DNA of 63,989 nucleotides, filler included, from Reclinomonas americana ATCC 50394 (Eukaryota), in assembly GCA_048213135.1 (NCBI GenBank). It is 9 parts of 4 records of this genome, joined end to end, with 100 filler letters (N's around TTAATTAATTAA, not from the genome) between each part and the next. Parts side by side here need not be neighbours in the genome. Positions count along the whole stretch, not along the records: positions 53,185 to 59,931 come from PS015451.1; positions 60,032 to 62,769 come from PS015451.1; positions 62,870 to 63,989 come from PS015505.1; 6 more parts are not named here. One strand, 5' to 3'. Numbering within the stretch: position 1 is the stretch's first letter; each line of letters opens with the position of its first letter. Of the stretch, positions 53,185 to 63,989 are shown piece by piece. The position numbers and the translations under genes were made by a program. The notes under the pieces were generated by a model. It did no database searches. It had not been told where the DNA came from and was given only the letters and a program-made list of their open reading frames with translations.

Positions 53185-55548
53185 GTAGTCGGAAGTGTTG
53201 CTTACGACGTGGGCCAGAATACTCGCAACCCCTTCATACACTGCGCACTCTCGCTGTGTCATCAGTGTGTGTGGCGAGAGCGCATAGACGAACTGTACCT
53301 TCGAGGAGCCGCCATGGCCAAGGCGGCGCAAGAACGCGGGGTTCGCGAACTCAGGCTGACACTCGCTGCGCTGGTGGACGCAGCGAAGCGTCTGAAAGAG
53401 GCGTGCTCTGTTGTGCGCAAGAGCTACAACAGATTCATCCTTGCGAGGTGCGTGTCTGTGTGGGAGGGGAGCAGACAGATCTGGTCGAACTTGTGCTCAC
53501 TGTCATTGTGTGCATGCAGCCTTGTCGCCGAACCCACAGACGGATTCGAAACAAAGCAACTGTACCGGCGCCGCAAGTACGCACAGCTGAAGGACTCGCG
53601 CCAAGGTGCTGACGGATTCGACTTCTCGCAGTTTCGCGATCGTTCACTCAATGGGCCGTGAAATGCACGATGAAGACTGATGTAGGCACGGCGCAGATCA
53701 CCTTACTTTGTGATTCGGAAGGATGTGCCGAGCACCAAGGATGAGGCCATGCGACTGTACAGGACGCGACAGGTGGCTCACTCGCACAAGGCGGCGGAAG
53801 AGAACGGAATGATGCCACTCTGCGGCCTTCTCCAGGAGAATGCGCAGAAGCCTGCGGCGAGTGGGTTGCGTGCTGCATTGGAGTGTGTATGCGACTCTGT
53901 ACTCCTTTGCGTCCTTGCTCACGCTCTGTTGCTTCTCCAGCAGCATTCACAACCGCTTCGCGGCGCTGGACTTTGCCCGCCTGGAGCCTGACGAGTTGCG
54001 AGAAGGCTACGTCAAGGCGTGGTCGGGCGGAAAGGCGGTCAAACAGCTGCCGGTGTTTCGCCCCGACGAGCTTCCGGTACGCACAATTATACACTTGCAC
54101 AAACCCATGCATTGCGTGTCTCACACTGTCNNNNNNNNNNNNNNNNNNNNNNNNNNNNNNNNNNNNNNNNNNNNNNNNNNNNNNNNNNNNNNNNNNNNNN
54201 NNNNNNNNNNNNNNNNNNNNNNNNNNNNNNNNNNNNNNNNNNNNNNNNNNNNNNNNNNNNNNNNNNNNNNNNNNNNNNNNNNNNNNNNNNNNNNNNNNNN
54301 NNNNNNNNNNNNNNNNNNNNNNNNNNNNNNNNNNNNNNNNNNNNNNNNNNNNNNNNNNNNNNNNNNNNNNNNNNNNNNNNNNNNNNNNNNNNNNNNNNNN
54401 NNNNNNNNNNNNNNNNNNNNNNNNNNNNNNNNNNNNNNNNNNNNNNNNNNNNNNNNNNNNNNNNNNNNNNNNNNNNNNNNNNNNNNNNNTCTCTCTCACC
54501 CTCCCTCCCTCCCTCCCTCTCTCGCACACACGCTGTCTCTCTCTCTCTTTCTCCCTCCCTCTCTTTCTCCTCGGTGCACTGCCACTCATCGTCGCCCTTC
54601 TCCCGCGCGCGCGCTCGCACAGCATCCCGAAATCCCAGTGAAGGCTGCCCGTGGCAAAGGTGCCGCGGTGCTGGCTGCCGATGTGGCTTGGAGAGATACC
54701 GTCGGTGTGATGTCCCGGGCGAGTGAGGTGTTCCTGCAACCTCGGCATCCAAAGGTGTTCAGGCACGAGCTTCACGCACTTCGGCGGTGCTGTGACGCTC
54801 TTCGAGGCTTTGTCGATGTGCAGTCAGTACATGTGCTCGGCAAATGGGTTCGTGGCGCTTCTTTGTGTGTGTATTTCGGAGTGGTGCGCCTGAACAGTGC
54901 TCTGCAGATCGACGACATCGATATCCAGCAGCGCATTGCGGAAGCGGATGACGCTGCAGGAGGAGAAGAGTCATGGATGCCCAGGGTCAGCACGATCTTT
55001 GAGAGCAAGGACATGGCGTGGGAGAACACGAAGGAAGACAAGTTCATGTGCACTCTGGCCCGGTTGGCATCGATCTTCTTGCAAGACGACGACGGCCAAG
55101 ATCGAGAGCTCCACGCCATGGTTGGGGCGCTTGCTTTGCTCTCTCTCTCCTCCGGCAAAGGGACGGCGACGAGGAGAGAGGTGGTCATTGCGTGCCATAG
55201 CAACAAGACCGGAGACAGACTGGCGTCCGTGCGAGTGACGAAGAAGGCACTGCGCGAATCGTTGCATCGAGCGCAGGTGGACCGACTGGCCGCAGTGAAA
55301 GCATGTGGAACTCGCTCAGCACAAGCCAAGGAATCGGGTTCCGAGGAGAGGTGCGTCTTGCGCTGTGTTTCCACATTGTGTGCACACTGCCCCTTCTTAC
55401 GCCGCGCGCGCGTCCTATGTGCAGCAAGGGAGGCAGTGGTGCTGGTCTGTCGTCGTACTCAAAAGAGCGCCGGGTTCGAGTGGACATTTCGGCAGATCAG
55501 ATCGACTTCGATGCAAACTCTCAGACTCCTGTGACGTTGCGTGCTTGT

Positions 55549-55617
<69 letters not shown>

Positions 55618-56495
55618 GGNNNNNNNNNNNNNNNNNNNNNNNNNNNNNNNNNNNNNNNNNNNNNNNNNNNNNNNNNNNNNNNNNNNNNNNNNNNNNNNNN
55701 NNNNNNNNNNNNNNNNNNNNNNNNNNNNNNNNNNNNNNNNNNNNNNNNNNNNNNNNNNNNNNNNNNNNNNNNNNNNNNNNNNNNNNNNNNNNNNNNNNNN
55801 NNNNNNNNNNNNNNNNNNNNNNNNNNNNNNNNNNNNNNNNNNNNNNNNNNNNNNNNNNNNNNNNNNNNNNNNNNNNNNNNNNNNNNNNNNNNNNNNNNNN
55901 NNNNNNNNNNNNNNNNNNNNNNNNNNNNNNNNNNNNNNNNNNNNNNNNNNNNNNNNNNNNNNNNNNNNNNNNNNNNNNNNNNNNNNNNNNNNNNNNNNNN
56001 NNNNNNNNNNNNNNNNNNNNNNNNNNNNNNNNNNNNNNNNNNNNNNNNNNNNNNNNNNNNNNNNNNNNNNNNNNNNNNNNNNNNNNNNNNNNNNNNNNNN
56101 NNNNNNNNNNNNNNNNNNNNNNNNNNNNNNNNNNNNNNNNNNNNNNNNNNNNNNNNNNNNNNNNNNNNNNNNNNNNNNNNNNNNNNNNNNNNNNNNNNNN
56201 NNNNNNNNNNNNNNNNNNNNNNNNNNNNNNNNNNNNNNNNNNNNNNNNNNNNNNNNNNNNNNNNNNNNNNNNNNNNNNNNNNNNNNNNNNNNNNNNNNNN
56301 NNNNNNNNNNNNNNNNNNNNNNNNNNNNNNNNNNNNNNNNNNNNNNNNNNNNNNNNNNNNNNNNNNNNNNNNNNNNNNNNNNNNNNNNNNNNNNNNNNNN
56401 NNNNNNNNNNNNNNNNNNNNNNNNNNNNNNNNNNNNNNNNNNNNNNNNNNNNNNNNNNNNNNNNNNNNNNNNNNNNNNNNNNNNNNNNNNNNNNN

Positions 56496-56550
<55 letters not shown>

Positions 56551-57240
56551 GGGAGAGAGAGAGAACCACACACACATGCACACACAGAGGGGGATGGGAG
56601 AGGAGACGATGAGACACATTTTCATGAAACAAACACGAACAATGGTAGAAAATCGAGGAAGAGAGAGGAAGAGAGAGAGGGAGAGGGAGAGGGAGAGGGA
56701 GAGGAAGAGAGAGAGACGGAGAGGGAGAGAGAGAGGGAGAGGGAGAGGGAGGGAGAGGGAGAGAGAAACTGAAACACTCGCGGCAATGTCGCCCTTTCTT
56801 CCCTTCACAAATGTTCTCAACGCTTCTTCTGTTGTGCGTGTGTGCAGAGGAGGGTGAGGAAGAGCCGGAGGAGCCAGCTGAGCCGGAGATCGAAGGCAAC
56901 CAGCGACAGCAAAAAGGTTTGCACCACATGGACAATTGGACAGTTGGACAATGCTGACGTGCCTTGCAGCGAACGACGAGAAAAGTGCACTCCGATTGCC
57001 GGCACACGTGTGCGCCTCGCTGTTCTGCAGCGACGACCTCCTTGAGGCAGTGCTCTCGGGCCTCTCGTGGTGGCCGCGGCAAGAGGATATTGAGCGCGAC
57101 GCCAATTTCGATGTTATTAGCTTTATGGCTCAGCACGTACGCGTGCTCTTCAGTAAGGATGATGTGCACAGTGCGCGACGAGCGTTGCGCCGCGCAATCC
57201 AGAGTGGTTGCCTTCTTGTGAACCGCGTGTGGAAGATCGA
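53185..57240 (+). CDS. Exons of a large uncharacterised protein (fragmented)
   Basis: Helical-looking reading frames are linked by short in-phase GT-AG introns (e.g. 53865-53940). I recognise no family motif. Confidence 0.55.
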
Positions 57241-57841
57241 NNNNNNNNNNNNNNNNNNNNNNNNNNNNNNNNNNNNNNNNNNNNNNNNNNNNNNNNNNNN
57301 NNNNNNNNNNNNNNNNNNNNNNNNNNNNNNNNNNNNNNNNNNNNNNNNNNNNNNNNNNNNNNNNNNNNNNNNNNNNNNNNNNNNNNNNNNNNNNNNNNNN
57401 NNNNNNNNNNNNNNNNNNNNNNNNNNNNNNNNNNNNNNNNNNNNNNNNNNNNNNNNNNNNNNNNNNNNNNNNNNNNNNNNNNNNNNNNNNNNNNNNNNNN
57501 NNNNNNNNNNNNNNNNNNNNNNNNNNNNNNNNNNNNNNNNNNNNNNNNNNNNNNNNNNNNNNNNNNNNNNNNNNNNNNNNNNNNNNNNNNNNNNNNNNNN
57601 NNNNNNNNNNNNNNNNNNNNNNNNNNNNNNNNNNNNNNNNNNNNNNNNNNNNNNNNNNNNNNNNNNNNNNNNNNNNNNNNNNNNNNNNNNNNNNNNNNNN
57701 NNNNNNNNNNNNNNNNNNNNNNNNNNNNNNNNNNNNNNNNNNNNNNNNNNNNNNNNNNNNNNNNNNNNNNNNNNNNNNNNNNNNNNNNNNNNNNNNNNNN
57801 NNNNNNNNNNNNNNNNNNNNNNNNNNNNNNNNNNNNNNNNN

Positions 57842-58729
57842 CGTCAGCATTCACGACGTCAACACCCGCATTCCGATCGACTGCGTCAATCAAAGCGAGT
57901 GCGTCCGCCTCTCGAATCTCGTCTGCGTCTGTCTTCTCTTCGTCCTCATCGACATCGTCAGCGGACGACACTGATTCGGCCTGTGCAGCGGCAGCGGAAA
58001 CGGCGGTGCCTGCACTCGCTGCTTTGCGTCTGAGTCGAGACAGTGAAGACTCTGCAGGCGATCGACGAGTGAGAATTCGCGATTTCACACGTACACACTC
58101 TCTCTCCAACAAGTACGAAACGGAGAGTAGACTGAGCGTCCTCAAACGCCGCTGAGGTGAGCTTGAGCCACTCCAGTGCATCGCAGCCCGCGTGCGAACG
58201 GAGACGCGAATGAACTGCAAGCAAGACTTGTGAGAAAATGAAGCATTTTTTGGTCACGAGGCAGCGACACCAACAAANNNNNNNNNNNNNNNNNNNNNNN
58301 NNNNNNNNNNNNNNNNNNNNNNNNNNNNNNNNNNNNNNNNNNNNNNNNNNNNNNNNNNNNNNNNNNNNNNNNNNNNNNNNNNNNNNNNNNNNNNNNNNNN
58401 NNNNNNNNNNNNNNNNNNNNNNNNNNNNNNNNNNNNNNNNNNNNNNNNNNNNNNCCAGGAAGCGACGCGTCGTATCCATCGCCGAAGACGTCCATTTGCG
58501 AAACGATTTCCGCACCGACGTGCTGCAAGATTGTCCCCACATCGGCGCGAATGGTGCGCACCAGCTCCATCTCTCGCCACTCCTTTTCGAAGCTCGAGAG
58601 GCCATCATGTACATGTGGTGCGACGCCTGCAGAGCTCGAGCGGTCAGCATGCCCGTAAAAAGTGAACAATTCAAATCCGTGACAACACACTCACCCTCAT
58701 CGACCTCCGGTTCCTCATCAAGGTCGATG
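57842..58729 (-). CDS. Coding fragments on two small gap-flanked contigs (possibly mis-oriented parts of the surrounding gene)
   Basis: Minus-strand frames read IDLDEEPEVDE|gtgagt, FEKEWREMELVRTIRADVGTILQHV and DDVDEDEEKTDADEIREADALALIDAV. Confidence 0.4.
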
Positions 58730-58887
58730 TNNNNNNNNNNNNNNNNNNNNNNNNNNNNNNNNNNNNNNNNNNNNNNNNNNNNNNNNNNNNNNNNNNNNNN
58801 NNNNNNNNNNNNNNNNNNNNNNNNNNNNNNNNNNNNNNNNNNNNNNNNNNNNNNNNNNNNNNNNNNNNNNNNNNNNNNNNNNNNNNN

Positions 58888-61800
58888 CCACTCTGTGAAC
58901 GCCTTGATGCGCAAGAATGCTGCGTCATTCATCAACAACCTCCACGAGCGCACGACTCGCCCCGCTGCTACTCTCTCGCCGATGGAATCAGCTGCACAGC
59001 GCGTCCGCGAACGCATTCTGAGCGCGCTGGACACGTACTTGTACGTGCCCATGGACACCACGCCCCCGCCCACACCCATCTCCGCCGCCGCTCACCATTA
59101 TCAATTGGTCGATGATGACGTGCCGATGGACGTCGCTGACATCGAGGCCGGTTCCAGCTCGCTTGCGCCTCCCGCGACTGCCTGGTCAATGGACATGGAC
59201 ATGGATACCGATGACTATGGTGTGCCGGCTACGCATGCGGCGCTCCCGTCAACTTTGGGTGCGGAGATGGCCGCTGATGGCCATGAGCACCAGCACGGCC
59301 TGTCACTCTTTGCAATTGATGGTGTTTGGTCGGCACCACCGTTGGCCGCGGGCGTGTATGTGGAGCCATCTGCGGTGTGCATGGAAGACGACGCGGTGTG
59401 TGGCGGCGACTGGTCGGGACAAGCCGTGCCATGGCCAATCTCGTCGCAACACCAACTCGGTGGTGGCAGTGGCGGTGTCGACGACGTCGACGACGACCAC
59501 GCCAGTAGCAGCGACGAGGATGAGCCCATGGCGCCTGTGCCAGCTCCGGCGCCGGCACCAGTGCCGGAACCAGTGTCAGCTTCAACTACAACTTCAATCT
59601 CAGCTGCTGCAACCGCCACCGTTCGCGTGACAGGAACCAGTGTGACGGCATCTGCATCACACGCGACTGCCGTTGGTGGGAGCGTGGCGACGCGTCGGTC
59701 TGAGGCGGCAGAGCGCGCGAAGAAAAGAGGTGTGTGGACAGTCGCGCGCGCGAGCATCTACTCCTCTGTCACTCACTGTCTCTCAGCCACCGATGCTGTC
59801 GTGGCGGTCGCCAAGGTGGAACTGAAGATCGCCCAATTGTCTCGTGCTTACGCGCGTCATAACCTGGGGGCCGATGTGATGCGCGCTGTGCGAATGAGTG
59901 CGGCGGGTCAAGATCTAGATATCGATGAGAANNNNNNNNNNNNNNNNNNNNNNNNNNNNNNNNNNNNNNNNNNNNTTAATTAATTAANNNNNNNNNNNNN
60001 NNNNNNNNNNNNNNNNNNNNNNNNNNNNNNNCGAGTACTTGTGTGCAAGAGGAACTGATTGTTTAACCCAGATGTGGAGCTTATCAAAGAGCTACTCGAT
60101 GCCGATTTTCAGCGGCAGTCGGCGGCCAGTTTTGGCGCTGGTGCATGCGAGTGTGCTGCGATGCGTGCAGTTGCCGAGTATGAGGTCACCTGCTTGGACT
60201 CTGCCCGACGGCTTCTGCTGGCGCTGTGGGATAGATCTGTGGCCGTCGCAGATACTGTGCATGATGACGACATCGCTGCGTTGGCCCCCATCATCCCCAT
60301 CCCACTGGACGTCGAGGGCGGGGAGTCGTGCTTGGCTGTTATGGCGAACACGCTCGCAATTCTCTTGGAGGCGATATCTCATGTTCGTGGGACGCGCCAC
60401 AAGCTGGCCAGGGTTTCGCCTCCTGCAGCTGTGTCGGAGGATGCCATTGCTGTGCTACGGCGCATTGGTGAGTGAAAAAGGGGGGGGGGAGAGATCGGGC
60501 GAGTGAGCGACTCTTCTTCTCTCTCCTCCCTTGCTCTCTTCCTCTCTCTCTCTCTCTCTCTCTGTGCCCTTTGTGTCATCTCACCCTCTGTGTTACTCCA
60601 TACAGGCTGGGTAGATGCCATGGATCAGCCACACGCATCCTCTATCATGGACCTCCTCCGGTTTCTGTGGGATGGACAGTTCACGCGTGTCTGGCGCGAA
60701 GTTGTCCAATCGCCGTGGCGTTCACCTGCTGACACAGCCGACCTGTTGCGAGCTCTGCGCCAACTACAGCATGCTGTCGTTGTGTCACACACATCAGCTT
60801 GTGCGGCACTGATTGACGGGGATGGTTTGTATTTCTTTCTCTTCGGAAGTCCTTTGGCCGTATTGTCATTCACTGATTTGGTGGGGTTGGCAGACTTCGT
60901 GCGCTCCGTTTCCCCGTTCATCCGTCTGGTCGATTCTCTGTGCACTCGCGTTGAAGTCGGCGTCGTTGGTGATGACGAAATGGCCATGGTTGCGGACGAG
61001 GCCACTGTGAGGGATTGCACAGCGAAAGCTGTTGTTGCCCTGGCTCGTGGTCTCCGCATTCAATTGCGGCAAGTTTTGTTCCAATGGGATAATGGTGAGT
61101 TGATTGCTTGTTTGCTTGCATCGTGCATACAAAAGAAAACACTCACCGTTGCCATTGACGCGTGCGACAGAAACGCGAGCGCGCCATCCGACCGCACATC
61201 CGCATGCGCAATTGCCGGCCGACCGAGACGGATCGGGGCACGCAGACTCTCGGTCGGCAGAGATTATTCGACAGGCACTGGTGTTGGCAATCGGCGAGTG
61301 CGACGCCCTCATGGATTCCGCTCCTGCCAGTTCAGATCCTGATCCAGAGCTGCTATCTGACGGACAGCCGGCTGTGTCGCTGCGTTTCATCGTGCAGCAT
61401 CTCCTCCCCGATTGCTTCCTCGCCCCACTCACCGGCGCAAGCGGAGTGCTGGTTTCTTGTCGCCGACTCGCGGCACTTGTCGCTGAGTCAACTGCCGTGG
61501 TGGAATCTGGACTGCATTTGTGCGATGGCCAGCTTGCAATCGCCGTGCCCCTGCTCGAAATGGCTCGGCGACACTCTGCCCCTGCGCTTGGCGGCCATCC
61601 GCACGTCGACGCGTTCAGTCGAGCACTGACCGCTGTTGTGAAATTTGCCCAATGGCAGGCGTTGCAGCGCGAGCTAAACGGTGCGTGCGTGGCCATGGGA
61701 GGGCAGTCGAGGGAGTTGGAACGAGAGAGAGAGGGATAGTTGATTTTATTGTCTGTTTGCACTTATTCTTGTTATTCGCGTCTGTGTATTCAGAATGGTT

Positions 61801-62769
61801 GGAGAGAGAGAGAGAGAGAGAGTTGGAGAAACGCTCTCCTTGATCCGTTCGCACATATTATTGACTCGTCGACGTGCACGAATAACAGCCTCATTGACAA
61901 CCATCCGGTCGACATTGCTGTTGTGTGGCCGTTCGGCCGCGGACCGCGTATCTTGCCTTGCCGATCCGTGGAAAGCCTTCTCTGCTGGTGCGCCTTCCTG
62001 ATCAATCTCTCGTTCCCCACTTTGCCATTGCGTTCTTACAATTCTTGTCGAAAAATCAGTGACTTCGGACGGTGGTGAGGGTGCGATGAAGGCGCTCGCA
62101 GGTGGTGGCGTGAAGGCAGCATTACGCTTCGAAGCCTGCACGCGTGACGAGTTTCGCAAGCTGAAGAATCGTGACCGTTCACGCCGGCACCAACAACAAG
62201 CTGGCAACGGCGATGCGGCGGTCGAAGCGCGGCTGGCGCAGACTGCGAAACAGCAGTATTTTGGTGGGCGGCGACACGTGCGGATGCGAGGTGAGGAGTT
62301 GCTTATGAAACAGCCGGCGCGCGCGTGCTGTCAAATGTCTTGCCCCTTCTCACTCTGCGTGGCGCGTGCAGACTTCTCCACTGCATGCGTTGTACTCCGT
62401 CGTGCACTGGAGAAACTGTTTGCGACATTGGAGGTGCACGACAGTGCTGGTGGGCAAGGAAATGCACGCCGTCGCCATCTTGGCCGAGACTGGCGTCGAC
62501 AGGATGACTGTGATGGCGTACGTGCGCTTGCTGTTGCCGATGGCAGTGGCTGTGCGAGTGGCAGTGGCTGTGCGAGTGGCAGTGGCTGTGCAAGTGGCAG
62601 TGGCTGTGCAAGTGGCAGTGGCTGTGCCAGTGGCAGTGGCAGCGGCCCTGGTGGTGGCGGCCACAGAAACGGACCAGACTGGCACGAGTTCTTCAAGAAT
62701 GGCGAGTGTCTTGTGTGCGGCTCTCCGAGTTCCGTATGCCATCATCGCCACTACACCGCTGAGCAAGCA
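58888..62769 (+). CDS. Exons of a large uncharacterised protein (fragmented)
   Basis: Long open frames 58888-59729, ~60070-60468, 60606-61074, ~61260-61680 and 62371-62769, most with recognisable splice sites. Confidence 0.55.
62541..62645 (+). repeat. 18-bp coding tandem repeat x5 (GSGCAS)
   Basis: GGCAGTGGCTGTGC(G/A/C)AGT repeated; the splice phase at 62290/62371 selects the GSGCAS frame. Confidence 0.8.
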
Positions 62770-62870
62770 NNNNNNNNNNNNNNNNNNNNNNNNNNNNNNN
62801 NNNNNNNNNNNNNTTAATTAATTAANNNNNNNNNNNNNNNNNNNNNNNNNNNNNNNNNNNNNNNNNNNNG

Positions 62871-63989
62871 GTCGCGAATCTGTACGGCAGCAGTGTGCGT
62901 GTGAATGGAACTGTGGTGCCTGGTAGTGTGGCGGTGGATGTGAGCGGTGGCGAGATGGGTGTGGCGAGTGTGCCTGGTGTGGCGTCGTGTGAGGCTGGAC
63001 AGCGGATCGTGCTGCGAACGAGTAGACTTGCGTGGCAGCTTGACGGCGCTGGCGCGCGTGTTGTGATTGATGGAATCGAGGTTGGCGGTCGAGTGGCGAG
63101 TGTTGCGGCCGACGGCAGCGGGAGTGTTGAGTTTGTGAGTGGAATCGCGGCTGGGTTCCACGCCATGGAGGTGTTTATTGAGGGGTACGGCCGAGTGGAC
63201 AATGTGTGGAGGCAGAGTGTGGAGTGCCGCAGCAGCGGGCGTGTGAATGCAGTGCGCCCGTCTCGGTGGCAGGGAAGCGGCCGCAGCGGAAGTGGCGGCG
63301 GAGTTGTTGTTACTGTTGTCGGTAGCGATCTCCTTGCAGACGCAGAAACTGGTACGCCTGTTTGTCGGCTTGGCCTGTCGCCATCTCTTGACGTTGGTGG
63401 TGTTTTGTTGTCGTCCGCCTTTGGTGCTTGTGACTTCAGCCGTGTTGCTCTTGATCTCCGTAGCCATCGTCAGTCTGCGTCTCTGTCCGTGATTAGTGAT
63501 CTTTGGTCCGCGGCCGAGTCGTCCCAGTCGGTTACTCTGTTCTCTCCGGCGCAAACAAACGTGACTGCCGTGGGCTCTCACGTGTTATCGGCTACTGGTG
63601 GCGTGTTGGTGGCTTCGCGTCATGGCGTTGTCGATGACCGAGGAAACGCTGATGAGTTGTGGTGTGGAATTGCCGAGTTGAAGACAATCGTTCGTGCTGA
63701 TGTTGTCGATTCCGGTGTTGAATGCTCTCTTCCGTTGCTCAACTGGGTGCAATCGTCCACTGAATCCACTCTTCGCGTCTCCGTTAGCTTTTCTCGCAAC
63801 GTACTGCAATTCAGTCGTGAGTTTGGCGACACCGCTTCTCTGGTGGTGGATGTTGTTCCTCCAGCGAACGTTACTGCAGTCTTCCCGAGTTTTGTTGCCA
63901 GCGACGGTGGTACGGTTGTCACGGTGACTGGATCTGCCTTTGTTACGCGTCAGACACTGACAGACTCGCTTCTCGGCCGTTCGCTGCCG
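62871..63989 (+). CDS. Internal part of a large IPT/TIG-repeat surface protein (open at both ends, absent from the ORF track)
   Basis: A stop-free frame runs from 62871 to the window end. It is V/G/S-rich and contains VNAVRPS..GGGVVVTVVGSDL..PVCRLG and NVTAVFPSFVASDGGTVVTVTGSAF. Confidence 0.8.

Noticed and set aside
53857..53864. Possible GC donor GCGAGT in the large orphan gene
   Set aside because: The phase does not fit the downstream exon, whereas the GTTGCGT donor at 53865 does.

Overview
Intron-rich, microsatellite-rich draft scaffold from a eukaryote, probably a flagellated protist (it carries a ZBBX-like gene). It has many N gaps and eight artificial N-TTAATTAATTAA-N contig linkers. 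Spliced genes I could reconstruct by hand: a RING/TRAF zinc-finger protein, U2A' (SNRPA1), a Zn2Cys6 transcription factor, a paraoxonase-like lactonase, a ZBBX-like protein split over a probably mis-oriented contig, two IPT/TIG surface proteins, PPCDC, LDAH, RWDD1, the last exon of ALG2, a GNAT, PYROXD1, TMEM260, an RNI-like LRR protein and a large orphan gene. Two things stand out. (1) An 11-kb tandem array of eight intronless 7-blade WD40 genes has variable top-face residues, mosaic blades and a constant C-terminal 'RCLPEMVLRCFIVEEAEVVxFRC' tail, which makes it a candidate variable-receptor / ubiquitin-ligase adaptor system. (2) Many introns use +1-shifted 5' splice sites (GTTGCGT/GTTGAGT, G at +6 instead of +5). 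All family assignments come from recognising motifs by eye; no database search was run.
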